Assembly: GCA_951406725.2 (NCBI GenBank)
Contig: OX597821.1
Span: 26,102,001 to 26,166,000, forward strand
From: Octopus vulgaris
Taxonomy: Eukaryota
Reading direction: 5' to 3'
DNA: 64,000 nucleotides
Below the pieces are notes generated by a model. The model was not told where the DNA came from. It was given only the letters and a program-made list of their open reading frames with translations, and did no database searches. The position numbers and the translations under genes were made by a program. Of this stretch, positions 1 through 13,428 are shown one piece after another (position 1 is the first letter of the stretch; the number at the start of each line of letters is the position of its first letter).

Positions 1-105
1 CTCCACGGAGCACACACCGCATCTGCATTGATTCCACGAACAGAAACCTCGAAAGCATCCGCCAAGGCGATATACCAAACTTGTCTTTTCCAACAAAACA
101 AGCTC

Positions 106-513
106 TAATAATCCTTTCTACTAAAGGCACAAGGCCTGATTTTTTGTGGGGGAGGAGACTAGTCGATTACATCGACTCCAGTGTTTCACTGGTACTTAAT
201 TTATCGACCCCGAAAGGATGAAAGGCAAAGTCGACCTCGGCGGAATTTGAACTCAAAACGTAAAGACAGACGAAATACTTATTTCTTTACTGCCCACATG
301 GGGCTAAACACAGAGGGGACAAACAAGGACAGAGAAACGGATTAAGTCGATTATATCGACCCCAGTGCGTAACTGGTACTTATTTAATCGACCCCGAAAG
401 GATGAAAGCCAAAGTCGATCTCGGCGGAATTTGAACTCAGAACGTAACGGCAGTCGAAATACGGCTACGCATTTTGCCCGGCGTGCTAAGGTTTCTGCCA
501 GCTCGCCGCCTTT
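106..513 (-). mobile_element. SINE family A (tRNA-derived head), two-unit copy
   Basis: Minus strand begins AAGGCGGCGAGCTGGCAGAAAC (A-box-like), has B-box-like GAGTTCAAATTCC and the conserved block GTCGACTTTGCCTTTCATCCTTTCGGGGTCGAT twice, and ends in a (TTA)n tail. More than 15 similar copies in the window. Confidence 0.85.
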
Positions 514-739
514 GAGACTCTAACAATTATTGATTTTCTATAAAGCTCAGGGGGATGGACTAAAATTGAGTTTACTCACATCATCCAGAAAAGTGATGTT
601 GTCCCACACAGAGACATCTTAGACGGCATCCAGTAAAGGAATACTCAACTGATTGGCATCAAAGTCATCCATAGGCATACTCCACCCTCTGGCCCACAAG
701 CGCACTATCTACTCTCTTCCTCTTCTACTACAACTCTAG

Positions 740-1110
740 TGGAGGCGCGTGGCTTAGTGGTTAGGGTGTTGGACTCATGATTGAAAGATTGTGGTTTCGA
801 TCCCTGGACCGACGATGCGTTGTGCTCTTGAGCAAAGCACTTCATTTCACGTTGTTGAGGAGACAAACACAGACAAAAGACATACACTCACACACAGACA
901 GACACACACACACACACACATACATACATGCACATATATGACGGGCTTCTTTCAGTTTCCGTCTGCCAAATCCTATCACAAGGCTTTGATCAGCCCCCGA
1001 CGCTGTTATAGAAGTCACAAGCCGAAGGTACCATGCCGTGGGACTGAACCCGCAACCATAACCATGTGGTTGGGAAGCAAACTACTTACTATACAGCCAC
1101 ACCTGCGCCC
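740..1110. mobile_element. Chimera: SINE family C head (+) joined to SINE family B fragment (-)
   Basis: 740-855 matches GGAGGCGCGTGGCTTAGTGGTTAGGG...GGTTTCGATCCC (compare 48358). 858-1110 is the reverse complement of the family B head and (CA)n segment. Confidence 0.75.
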
Positions 1111-1590
1111 TCTATGTACATTTTATAGTAACTAACATGTTGTAGCGTGTCATTGCTAAACTGATTTATCGGTGTTATAGAAATATAAAACCACTTTAAC
1201 TGTTATGATTTTCATTTATTTTGGTCGAATTTATGAGTCACTGAAGCCACCTCCTCCTCTCCCTCTCCCTTCCCCTCTCTATTTTACTCTTTTATTGGTT
1301 TTAGTCAGTGCACTGCAGTGATGCTGGAGCATCCTATTGAAGGGTTTAGCCGAACAAATCACCTCCAGCACTTATTTGAAGCTTTGATACTTAGAGAATC
1401 GATCTCTTGTTTCGCCGACTGAATCCTCAAAGTTATAAGGACATAATCAAACAAACACTGGTTTTCAAGCGCGGACGTGGGGAGAAACACAAACAGGGTC
1501 TCACACACACGCACACAAACACACACGCACGCATCCACGCTTATACAACAGTCTTCCACACAGTTTCCGCTTATCAAATTCACTTACAAG

Positions 1591-1740
1591 CAGGGCCGTC
1601 TTAGCTGTATTATAAGCCTCTGGGCAAATCAATGTACTGGAACCAATAGTATTTATTCATTAACAAGCCGCAGGAATACATAGATTAAAATTGGGCTCCT
1701 AGGCAGCAGCCGGATGTGGCCATGCCTTAAGACGGCACTG
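1591..1740. mobile_element. 150-bp hAT-like MITE inserted in a family B SINE
   Basis: TIRs CAGGGCCGTCTTAG / TTAAGACGGCACTG; 8-bp TSD CTTACAAG (1583-1590) / CTTGCAAG (1741-1748). A related left end lies at about 38790. Confidence 0.75.
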
Positions 1741-1763
1741 CTTGCAAGGTATTGGTCGGCTCG

Positions 1764-2186
1764 GGAATCTTTCGGGTTTGAACGGCAGTTTTTAACATAA
1801 TTTCCACATAAATAAACACTTTTAAACTTCGCATACTGGTAGAATGTGTTTATAAAACATCTTTTTCTCTTGGCTTTATTGAGAAAATTCTATAGTTTGT
1901 AAGATATTTGTTGTTTTTTTCTTCAATTTCTGCAATTTCAACCAATCAGTGACATCGATTGAGGTAAAAAAACATTCTGTGCCGTATGAATATGTCCCTC
2001 GTTTAAGAAACAGATTGGGTTTATTTACATTTGTGAAGAAAACAAGATACCCTTCCTTCACCCCTAACCCTAATCCTAACCCTAAAACAGATTGAAATGC
2101 AATAGATCGATACTAGGGTCATAATTATGGGTGACAATTTCATATGACACCGCTAGAAAAAACTGCCGTTCAAACCGAAAAGATCC
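1764..2186 (-). mobile_element. GGATC-TIR MITE (family D) with internal TTAGGG repeats
   Basis: Degenerate left TIR and intact right TIR AACTGCCGTTCAAACCGAAAAGATCC; body matches the copies at 13748, 20266 and 49024. Confidence 0.85.
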
Positions 2187-2685
2187 AAATTGGGCTCCTA
2201 GGCAGCAGCCGAATGTGCCCATGCCTTAAGACTTGCAAGGTATTGGTCGGTTCGGTGCTGTATGGTAGAAGACACTTCGTCCAATGTGTCCAGCCGTAGG
2301 ATTGAATCTAGGAGCACGTGATTGCGAAACGAAAAGGCATGCACAAAGTACACGCATTAGACTGATAGACAGACCGGCAGACAAGCAGACAGAGACATTT
2401 GCGCAGACAGCAGACGTGTGTGGGCGGAATTAGAAGCAACTAGACGCCATTCAAATAAAATACGAGCAAATGAAATGGGGGGGGGGGAGGGGAACAATAC
2501 ATCCACACACAAACACACACACTCTCACATGCTCTCTCACACAATGCATACATATATATATATATATATGCATTACACAACCAACATCTACAATATCTAC
2601 CACGACACCACTACCACCGTCACCACTACCACCATCATCACCACCATTATTACTACTCCTTCATTATTACTACAACCAACACCAT

Positions 2686-2810
<125 letters not shown>

Positions 2811-3348
2811 CTTCAGAAAAGCGACACCATTTCTAGACTCACCGACAACTCCTCATCAACGCTTTCCTCCACCGCCTCTTCACTAACCAACCCCTATGAG
2901 TTAGCGTCTCCACTCACCCTCACCTCATCTCACCCCTTCTTATCTCAGACCCTTACTACTGCTTGAAGTTACTGTTAGGTAATTTAAGAAGTAGCAGAAA
3001 TGGTTGTCGGATACTTAAGAAAAGCAGGTACTGCATCAAGGGTATATAGCTGTTGTTGTTGTTGTGTAGCCTCGAACCAGCCCCTAAACGTGCAAAGCCA
3101 TGACTTCTTTTATCTTTTACCTTTTGTTTGTTTTAGTCATTTGACTGCGGTCATGCTGGGGCACTGCCTCGGGAAATTTTAGTCGAACTAATAAACCCAA
3201 ATACTTATTTTCTTTTTAAGCCTCGCACTTATTCTATTTTTCCACTTTTGCCGAACTGCCAAGTTACTTGGACATAAACACACCATCACCGGTGGTCAAA
3301 CGGTAATGGTGTGTGGAGGGGGGGGGGACACAGACACACGCGCATATA

Positions 3349-3970
3349 TACTTGCGGTTGCTGAAAAGTTCCTGATTTTTAAGGGTGTCGTAAAATGTCT
3401 GGTTGGAGGCTTAACCTTCCGAGTTCTGTTACAGGGCTTAGAAGAACTGAAGGGCTGCTGCAATAAGTGTGTGAATCTGAGAAGGGAATATACTCTTTAC
3501 TCTTTTACTCTTTTACTTGTTTCAGTCATTTGACTGCGGCCATGCTGGAGCACCGCCTTTAGTCGAGCAACTCGACCCCAGGACTTATTCTTTGTAAGCT
3601 CAGTACTAATTCCATCGGTCTCTTTTGCCGAACCGCTAAGTTACGGGGACATAAACACACCAGCATCGGTTGTCAAGCAATGCTAGGAGGACAAACACAG
3701 ACACACAGACATACACGCACACATATATATATATACATATATACGACGGGCTTCTTTCAGTTTCCGTCTACCAAATCCACTCACAAGGCTTTGGTCGGCC
3801 CGAGGCTATAGTAGAAGACACTTGCCCAAAATGCCACACAGTGGGACTGAACCCGGAACCATGTGGTTGGTAAGCAAGCTACTTACCACACAGCCACTCC
3901 TACGTTGAATAAAATGATAAGTAACTGACACTTCTGTATTTTCTTTTACCCAAAGTCAGGATTCTACTAT
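3349..3970 (+). mobile_element. Mariner-derived deletion element interrupted by a family B SINE
   Basis: Starts TACTTGCGGTTGCTGAAAAGTTCCTG. Encodes QGLEELKGCCNKCVNLRRE plus YVE* (3901 onward), the typical mariner transposase C-terminus, split by the SINE at 3490-3903. Confidence 0.6.
3490..3903 (-). mobile_element. SINE family B, full length (CORE-like, internal microsatellite, AAAAGAGT tail)
   Basis: Minus strand GTAGGAGTGGCTGTGTGGTAAG...GGTTCAGTCCC...TTGGGCAAGTGTCTTCT...(TA/TG)n...GAAACAAGT(AAAAGAGT)n. Confidence 0.85.
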
Positions 3971-4715
3971 AGCCTCAATGCTGGTGTGTTTGTGTCCCCG
4001 TAACTTAGCGGTTCGGCAAAAGAAACCGATAAAATAAGTACTAGGTTTACAAAGAATAAGTCTTGGTGGTGATTCTTTCGACTAAAACCCTCTAAGGTGG
4101 TGCTCCAGCATGGCTGCAGTCAAATGACTGAAACAAGTAAAAGAGTAAAAGAACATATATATACGACGAGCTTCTTTTAGTTTCCATCTACTAAATCCAC
4201 TCACAAGGCTTTGGTCGTCCCAAGGCACTTGCCCAAAGTTCCACGCAATGTGACTTAACCAGAAACAATGTGGTTGGGAGGCAAGACTATCCAACTAAAT
4301 CTGTTTAATAATGTAAATTGGGTCTACTTACTTTATCCTTTTAGATACAGTATATTTAAGACTATAATGCCAAAATGTGTTCTTTGTCTTTTTTAAAAGG
4401 GCGGTAGGTTTTTAGAATCTTTTTATATCGTATACCTTTTTCGTGTTTCAGTCACTGGACTGTGGCCATGCTGGAGCACTGCCTGAAGCCGTTTTAGTCG
4501 AACCAGTCGACCCCAGTACTTTTTTTTGAAAGTCTGGTACTTATTCTATCTGTCTCTTTAGCGAAACCTACAGTTTACAGGGACATAAACAAACCAATAC
4601 CAGTTCTCAAGTGGTGATGAACACACACGTACGCGTACATACACACACACACAAACACACACACACACGCGCGCGCACACACGCACGCACACACGACTGG
4701 CTTCCACACAGTTTC

Positions 4716-5310
4716 CTATTTATTGCCCACAAGGGGCTAAACACAGAGGAGACAAACAAGGACAGACAAACGGATTAAGTCGATTAGATCGACCCCGGTG
4801 CGCAACTGGTACTTATTTAATCGACCCCGAAAGGATGAAAGGCAAAGTCGACCGCGGCGGAATTTGAACTCCGATCGTAGCGGCAGACGAAATACCTATT
4901 TCTTTATTATCCACAAGGGGCTAAACACAGAGGGGACAAACAAGGACAGACATAGGTATTAAGTCGATTACATCGACTCCAGTGCGTAACTGGTACTTAA
5001 TTTATCGACCCCGAAAGGATGAAAGGCAAAGTCGACCGCGGCGGAATTTGAACTCCGATCGTAGCGGCAGACGAAATACCTATTTCTTTATTATCCACAA
5101 GGGGCTAAACACAGAGGGGACAAACAAGGACAGACATAGGTATTAAGTCGATTACATCGACTCCAGTGCGTAACTGGTACTTAATTTATCGACCCCGAAA
5201 GGATGAAAGGCAAAGTCGACCTCGGCGGAATTTGAACTCACAACGTAACGCAGACGAAATACCGCTAAGCATTTCGCCCGGTGTGCTAACGTTTCTGCCA
5301 GCTCGCCGCC
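4716..5310 (-). mobile_element. SINE family A with three tandem 184-bp units
   Basis: Equivalent positions at 4851, 5035 and 5219 give a 184-bp period; a single 5' head lies at about 5260-5310. Confidence 0.85.
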
Positions 5311-5930
5311 CTAAACACAGTTTCCGTCCCACAAATTCATTCACACACACATATATAAATATGAATAAGTACATATATATACCGGAGATATAGTAGAATG
5401 TATTTGCCCAAAGTGTCGCGCAGCTGAACTGAATCTGAAATCACGTGATTGCAAAGCGAGCTTCTTCACTCTTTCTAGCCTGTCCACGTTGTGGATTCTC
5501 CGTGAGCGCTGGGATTTTCTCTCGTGTTGGTTCACACTATAGTTGTTGGTTATTTTGTTGTTTTTTGGCCCATTTTCTCAGCCCTGATCAAGTAGACCTG
5601 GGAGTAAAGGCATTTTATCCATGATCATTCCAGCCATGATCACTCCAGCCATGAGTATCCCGTCTTTAAGTATATTAGGACTACACTGTCCAATATATCC
5701 TACTTTTTTTTAAGACGATAAGGTATAATGCGAGAGAGAGACTGGTATGATGCAAGATCATCCACGGAAAAGCTCCCTCTTGTGTAGCAAAAAAAAAATG
5801 ATACAGGAGTAGAGAGGGCAGACGTTTTTGAAATGGCTATTACTCAGCCCCAAGGGGAGCGTCATATGTCCGACGGGTACCATTCGGTCCGTGGTGTCTT
5901 AGCCTTTTTTTTTTCTTTTCAGGTGAAGCC

Positions 5931-7015
5931 ATGGCACTATGGATGATAGAGCGTCACGTGTTTGTCTATGACAATTATGTGAAGAATAACGAGTTTGTCA
6001 CAGCCGTTCAACTTGAGTTTCAGCGTCACTTCAACATTCACCGTTCCCACCCGTAACACAATCTTACGTTGGGTAAATGCACTTCGTACATGAGGTACAC
6101 TAATGAATAGTAGACCGGTGGGGATGCCACGAACGGTACGGACCCCGGAAAATGTGGAACGCCTCAAACAAGCTTTGATACGGAGTCCGGATCGCTCTGC
6201 TCGGAAGAATTCCACTGAACTTGGCATCGGTAATCGATCAGTAAGGCGTATTTTGCATGAAGATCTGCATTTCCACCCGTACAAATTACTCATTGCGCAA
6301 CAATTGAAACCATAGGACTATGTACAGCGACTTAACTTCGCACATCAGATGGAAGCAATTTTTGAGGCAAATCACAACCTCATTTTGTTAATGAGCGATG
6401 AAGCTCATTTTCATCTCAGTGGCATGGTGAATCAACAGAAATGTCGTTATTGGGCTCTTGGACATTCGAGAGAACTGCACGAAAGACCACTGCACAGCCC
6501 AAAAGTGACGGTCTGGTGAACTATTGGAAAAGCTGCCGTGATTGGTCCTTACCTTTTTTGAAGACATTAATGGAAATGCTGTTACTCTGAACTCCGAGCG
6601 TTACATCGAAATGATAAACAACTTCTTTGCGCTTGGATTATGATGAAAACGTATGCCTATTCGATGTGTGTGGTTTCAGAAGGATGGGGCGACGGCCCAC
6701 ACTTCCAGGATATCAATGAACGTTCTTCGCCCTCTCTTCGGTGACCACTTCATTTCCAAGCTGGCTGACATTCCTTAGCTTCCTCGGTCCCCTGATTTGT
6801 CCAAGTGTGATTATTTCTTGTGGGGAAACCTCGAGGCAAGTGTGTATGCGCATAAGCCCCGTGCACTGGACGATCTGAAGGAAGCTATTCGCGTGGAAGT
6901 CGCCCAAATCAACAGAGTAATGTCGGAGAGAGTGGAGGCCAGCTTCCAAGAGCACCTTCAGAAATGCATCAAAGAAAACGGACATCACATGATTGATGTT
7001 GTTTCCCACACTTGA
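5931..7015 (+). pseudogene. Decayed Tc1/mariner-superfamily transposase, DD41D (rosa-like) type
   Basis: Translation through stops and frameshifts: MALWMIERHVFVYDNY...GMPRTVRTPENVERLK...SPDRSARK...HPYK...MSDEAHF...WFQKDGATAH...RSPDLSKCDYFLWG...ENGHH. Counted 41 residues between the second and third catalytic Asp. Remnant ends TACAGG (about 5802) and CCCTGTA (about 7103). Confidence 0.9.
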
Positions 7016-8180
7016 TTTTGACAAATGCTAATTCAATACAAATACATTGATGTCAATAAAATTTGTTTGCAGCTAAAATTAATGATTTTGTGTCAACCCT
7101 GTATATTAATTTAAAATTTTGACAGAAAACCAGCAATTTCGTGGTGGAGGTAAGTGGATTATATCGACCCCTTTGTTCGATTGGTACATATTTTTTCGAT
7201 CTCGAAAGGATGAAAAGCAAAGTCGAGCTCGGCGGAATTCGAACTCAGAACATGAAGACGGACGAATCGCCGTTAAGCATTTTGTGCAGTTGGCTATCGA
7301 CTCTGCCAGCGCGCCACCTTACAACCGAACGAGACATTTCACAAAAAGATTGTTGTTGAATAAATGTTAATGCGTTGTGGTTGCAGACATGGATGGAAGG
7401 GTATTAGAGCGGGTCAATGCTCTGGTGGGGGAAAAGGATTTGATGTAGACACTAGTGAAAGGCCTGCTGTGGGCGAAAAGAGGAAAACGGACAGATGTGT
7501 CGGATGGATTTGAATGGAAGTATTATGCAGCTAACTTGTTGAAGAAGGTAAGAAAGCTCCAGTAATAACAATGCTACAGACAGTATGAAGAGACAGTTTG
7601 GGTCTGGGTCTGAGGTAATAATGTGTTGTTAAGCATTTGCAAATCTGTCTATAGCCAGAAGTTGTGGTGTGCTAATGACTCCTTGGAAATTTGTCTGCCA
7701 ATGGCTGTATTATTTTGGCGAGTCCTTACACATCCCAGTTCTTTGGGATTTAGTGTAAGAGGTTTGCGTTTGTAGTAGCTACGCTGTTCAAGTTGTGGGA
7801 GCTGTCTGTATTGTAAGTCTTGTGTGAAGAGAAAGGTTTTGCATCCGATGAATTTTATATTGCGTCTGGCAGTTATACTGTGTATTCAGGACTTGGAGAA
7901 AGACAATATTTCTAACTCCTGAATTGGTTGCAGATTCTGGGTAGGTCACTGCATCTGGGGAAGCTGGGAGCTGATAAGCATCTAAACTACTCACAGCTCT
8001 AGTCGTAGTTGGATGGCCTCCATCGGGTTAATGTATTATAGACTAGAAGTCGAACTCCTCAATAACGCCTTGGTATCCGAATGGATTTAGCAAATTTTAA
8101 ATTCAATGAGTTCAAATTATGTCTATTCACTATCTGACATTACTTACTTTATGCCAAATCAGTACAACAGCAACAACACG

Positions 8181-8550
8181 TGGAGGCACTATGGCCCAGT
8201 GGTTAATGCAGCGGACTCGCGGTCGGAGGATCGCGGTTTCGATTCCCAGACCGAGCGTTGTGTGTGTTTATTAAGCGAAAACACCTAAAGCTCCACGATC
8301 TCCGGCAGTGGGGGGGGGGGGGTCGAACCCTGTTGTATTCTTTCGCTCCAACTTTCTCTCATTCTTTCTTCCTGTTTCTTGTCCCCGACTTCCTACGCAA
8401 CCGCTGAGCCTGGATGCGCATTCATCCATCCGTCGATGCTCTCGGTGTCGGGGGTTGACCTGCTTTCTCTTCTGCGGGTCTTACGAATAACATAGGACCA
8501 CGTTTCGGACTTCTCCCACTACAGGACGAAGGCTTCTCTCAACAAACAAA
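8181..8550 (+). mobile_element. SINE family C variant (tRNA head)
   Basis: GGAGGCACTATGGCCCAGTGGTTAATGCAGCGGACTCGCGGTC...GGTTTCGATTCC; shares its 5' half with 37531 but has a different 3' part ending in (CAA)n. Confidence 0.75.
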
Positions 8551-8616
8551 CAACAACAACAACAATGATGATGATGATGATTTTCAGCATAGGCATAAGG
8601 TTTTAAATTTAGAGAA

Positions 8617-8651
8617 ATCCAACGTTTCGGATAGTGTCCTACTTCAGGGAC
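8617..8651 (-). ncRNA. Degenerate minimal hammerhead-like motif
   Basis: Minus strand: gtcc CTGAAGT a gga-cacta-tcc GAAA cg TT ggat; one core mismatch (A9). Confidence 0.4.
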
Positions 8652-8846
8652 AATTTGAAAGAAAGGAAATAAATGAAACACAACAGAATTTTGCACCTTC
8701 TAAGTTAAAAAAACAACAACAAAAACAACAACAAAAAAACTGGTTGTTACAAGTACTCTTTTTATCTAAAACTCTGCAGTCTCCCATTTATCTCATTCTT
8801 TACAAATCTTCCCCGAAGAAAGACACATTTTATTGATTTCACTACA

Positions 8847-8945
<99 letters not shown>

Positions 8946-9036
8946 TGTACATACATGCATATTATATAAAGCAGAGTCAGGAGGTCACGTGACTAAATAG
9001 ATATATATTCCCCATACATGCGTATACACACACATA

Positions 9037-9083
<47 letters not shown>

Positions 9084-9267
9084 TCACTGCTTTCTTCCAA
9101 GGAATCTAGTGCTCTTAGCTTAGTTTTTCTTTGGGGCTGGCCAGATTGGAGCAATCTCGAGTATAATCGGCCGAAATTGCAAAGATAATTTGGAACTCGC
9201 CCGAAGAAGGAAAACTCCGAGTCTGTCTGGATGTTTTGCGTTCTTGTCCCATTTTTAGTATTCCTTT

Positions 9268-9300
<33 letters not shown>

Positions 9301-10343
9301 CATACATATAATCCCGTGACTTCCTAACTTTGTTGTATATGCAATATATATCTATATACATATATTTGGACGGGTATATATATGTACTTATTCATATTTA
9401 TATATGTGTGTGTGTTTATAGTTTAACTATCCAATATCAATGACATGTACATCTTTTGTATACCTACATTTATACTTCGAAAATTTTGAGTGTCAGCTAA
9501 ACTACTTCTTGTCCATATCTATACATATACTATACAGCCATATCTGAACTCATGTGAGTACAAGTTACGACTTTTTCGACTTCACTTCGTTTATTTTCCC
9601 TTTTTTTTTAAAGAAATTAATGCAAAAATAAAGCTCAACTTCAGCCGATTTCTTCAACTTTACATCGGTCTCAGAAAAAAAAAAAACCCAGCTAAAAACA
9701 TTAAAAAATCCACTTAAAAACCAATGCTAAAGTGGAAAATTAAATAGAATACATGTGAATATATGTACAAACCATTCATTAAAACAGAGGTAAATGAATT
9801 TTTGAAATGTCTTTTCGTGTTACATCGCTTTTCGAGTCGCATGTCTTGGAACAGCTACAGACGTAAGTTGATGTATATATATGTATATATATGTGTGTGC
9901 GTGTGCGTGCATGCGTGTGCGTGTGTGTGTGTGTTTAGGGTGTGTGTGTGTGTGTGTGTTGGAGTAAAGTTGGATTTACTAAAATCTTTTCGTGTTCCAT
10001 TTGTAGTCCTCAGTATGAATTCCGGAGTATCTACACGCTAAGACAGGTATCTAATGTTGTGATTCCATAAAAATAATGTTCGAAGGTGTAGCAAATCCAG
10101 GTAATTTTGACTGATCGAATGAGTTATGATACTCGCAGAGCAAAATAGAAGACAAAGAAGATGAGATCAGTTTAACATAAGTTTAATATCGGTTGCAACT
10201 GTTTTCAATAGCATTCCGTTTCATACCACATTACGCTTTAATGATTATGTATTATAAATTACACAACAACTGTATAAATTATAAGCGGTTGAAATAGTGA
10301 GAAATGCCATCCTCGTCAGAAGCTTATTAAATTAGTTATGAGA

Positions 10344-10694
10344 CTATTGCATTTTAATCTGTTTTAGGGTTAGGGTTAGTTAGAGTTAGGGTTAGGGGTG
10401 GGGAAAGGGTATCTTTTTTCTTCACAAATGTAAATAAACCCAATCTGTTTCTTAAATGAGGGACATATTCATACGGCACAGAATGTTTTTTTTACCTAAA
10501 TAGAAGTATTTGATTGGTTGAAATTGCAGAAATTGAAGAAAAAAACAACAAATATCTTACAAACTATAGAATTTTCTCAATAAAGCCAAGAGAAAAAGAT
10601 GTTTTATAAACACATTCTACCAGTATACGAAGTTTAAAATTTTTTAGTTACCTAGAAATTATGTTAAAAACTGCCGTTCAAACCGAAAAGATCC
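10344..10694 (+). mobile_element. Family D MITE, 5'-truncated
   Basis: TTAGGG array at about 10364-10397 and intact right TIR ...CAAACCGAAAAGATCC. Confidence 0.85.
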
Positions 10695-11303
10695 ATTTTA
10701 GATCCTTTCCTTGAGAAGTAATAACATATCTTCCATATCTCAAAAGCCTAACTGGAATCATAATCTGACCAGGAGCCTTCTTAGTATTTATTTCCATAAT
10801 TGTCGATTCTATCTCAGCCAATATAGGTAAATCCATCATTTCTGCGAACCGAAAGTTATGTTACAGACGGACAGATTTCTCAAAAAAAAAAAAAAAAAAA
10901 TTATAATAGTGATTATTACCAGCTTCAGCCGTATGTTCAACTAGATTATTCTCATCACTGAGGTCAACTTTGCCCTGCATCCTTTCGCAGTCGATAAAAA
11001 AAGTAACAGTCATGTACTGGAGTCGACTGTTATTTCTCCGCTAAAATTTCAAGTCTTGTGTCCCTGCTCGAAATAATTTTAACGTAGTGAATTAGTAGAA
11101 ACGTCAGAGCAGGGAGCAAACTGCTTTGCAACGTTTGTTCCGGCTCTTTGCGTCTTAGGTTCAGGTCTCAACTAAGTCGACTTTGCTTTCATTCCTCCAG
11201 GTCGATTGAATAAAGTACCCCTCAAATACTTGGATAGATTCAATCTACAAATGCTTCTCTTTCTCCACCGAAATTTCCAGCCTTGCGTCTATGCCAATGA
11301 CTA

Positions 11304-11391
<88 letters not shown>

Positions 11392-12022
11392 TCAAATAGC
11401 GTTCTTACTCCAGCCAAAGGCTATCAGACATGATTTCAGCTGAATGAGCAAGTTAATTCAAGTAATTTCTGATTGGCTCACTAACCGTGATTAACTGTAC
11501 TGTTAATCAATTAATTATTTCATTAGTTAATGATAATATATATGACGATGTGTTAACATAGATATCTCAAAATGGCGATGAAACTCGGTCAATACACACA
11601 CACATTATACAAACACACACAAACGCATGTGCATCACAAATGCATAAAGACTGATACACTCATATATACACATACAAAATGCATAAAAAATACACACATA
11701 GATACATACTTACATTCACACACATACATACACACATACATACACATGCAAATACTTATATACAAAAACAGATACTTGTATGCACACAAACATACACACT
11801 GACGCATACATACACATACATGCGCATGTACACACGCACGCGCGCACACACACACGCACGCGCACATACTCACACACACGCACGCGCACACACTCACACA
11901 CACGCGTAGAGCTTCATTTGAGTCACCATGGAAGCCTCTACGTGGTTACTCGGCCAGCTAGAAATAGTAGCCAAAGTCTTCCTCAAGACAAACCCTGATG
12001 TCTTAAACAAGGAATGGTCGTC

Positions 12023-12222
12023 TTAACCCTTTAGGATTCAGAATTCTCTGTCAAATGTAAAGCTTATTTATTCACATTGCTTTGAATGCATCATGCATTA
12101 ACTTGTAGCCTCGAGATTTCGATGATGGGATTGTTTATTTTTAGAATGACATTGTAGGGTAGGTGTGAGAGGCTAGGTTGAACATAAAACACGGAGAATA
12201 GTCGGCCGGATATAACCGGCTT
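12023..12222 (+). mobile_element. piggyBac-like MITE end (TTAA-CCCT)
   Basis: TTAACCCTTTAGGATTCAGA...; a reverse-complement relative ends AGGGTTAA at about 38615. Confidence 0.5.
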
Positions 12223-12484
12223 TGTATGATCGTAAGATTGTTGTCTCGACTCCTGGACCGGGCAATGCATTGTGCTCTTGAGCAAAACACTTCACTTGAC
12301 GTTGCTTCGGTTCACTTAGCTGGTAAAAACGAGTATTCCCGCGACCCAGCGGCGTCCCGTCCATAGTGGTGGTGGTGGTGGTGGTGGCGGGGAGTATATA
12401 CCCCAGAGAATCCGAGAAACTGGCGCTATGAGTGTGTATGACTCAGTCAGGAGCCTTGTCCTTTCTTTTAATACAATAATATAT

Positions 12485-12716
12485 ATTTCTTTATTACCCA
12501 CAAGGGGCTAAACACAGAGGGAACAAACAAGGACAGACAAACGGATTAAGTCAATTTCATCGACCGCAGTGCGTAACTGATACTTAATTTATCGACCCCG
12601 AAAGGATGAAAGACAAAGTCGACCTCGGCGGAATTTGAACTCAGAACGTAACGGCAGACGAAATACGGCTACGCATTTCGCCCGGCGCGCTAACGTTTCT
12701 GCCAGCTCGCCGCCTT
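12485..12716 (-). mobile_element. SINE family A
   Basis: Consensus match; flanked by direct repeat AATACAATAATATA. Confidence 0.85.
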
Positions 12717-12968
12717 CAATACAATAATATAGCCTAGCATATCCTTAACAAGGATAGTGGAGTTCACAGTTGAAATATATTTGATCAAAGGTCTGCATAG
12801 GTCTGCCTCCATTTGGATGACTTGGAGTTTAACAACAACAACAACAACAACAACAAAAGAATAAGAAAACAGTTGGAAAATATATATCATCAACAGAGGC
12901 AGTATTAATACGGAATGGTAATATTTATGCCCACTTAAATGTGGATGTCCTGCGGTATCTACTGCTGT

Positions 12969-13317
12969 ATACATGAGGAATACATGAGGAATATTTTAAG
13001 GATCTTGGCAATAGGAAGAACCAGGAGAATTCATCTACGAAGCAATTGCCCCAGCTCCCCTTCAGGGTTGGCGAAAGCGATGTGGTGGACAACGAAAAAC
13101 CTGGCTGATGACAGTCAAGGCTGATCTGGAACCCAACCTAGGCCCCCATATCTACGGCGTTCGCCACTGGAATAAGGAGTGGTTGGGGATCACGCGGTCG
13201 TTAGCTTCAAATTGCCAGGCCTGGTCGGCGTTTGTGAGAGATGCAGCATTGAGGGTAAATGAAGCCAGCTCAACCCACCCCGGGTGAATACTGTAAGAAG
13301 AAGAAGAAGAAAGAAGA
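12969..13317 (+). mobile_element. 5'-truncated RTE-clade LINE (ORF C-terminus plus (GAA)n tail)
   Basis: Frame reads YEAIAPAPLQGWRKRCGGQRKTWLMTVKADLEPNLGPHIYGVRHWNKEWLGITRSLASNCQAWSAFVRD...PG* (stop 13285-13287), an RTE-type C-terminus. Probable TSD ATCTACTGC. Confidence 0.75.
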
Positions 13318-13428
13318 TCTACTGCGGTAGATAGATTCTCTTATATAGGCTTTTGGTGCAGAATGCACTCTTGTTTGTTTATATCGCCAGCGAAGAGATA
13401 AATCCCTTCCAGTTACAACGCCAAGACT

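Noticed and set aside
4716-5310. CRISPR-like appearance of regularly spaced repeats
   Set aside because: Whole 184-bp units repeat with no unique spacers; eukaryotic SINE context and no cas genes.
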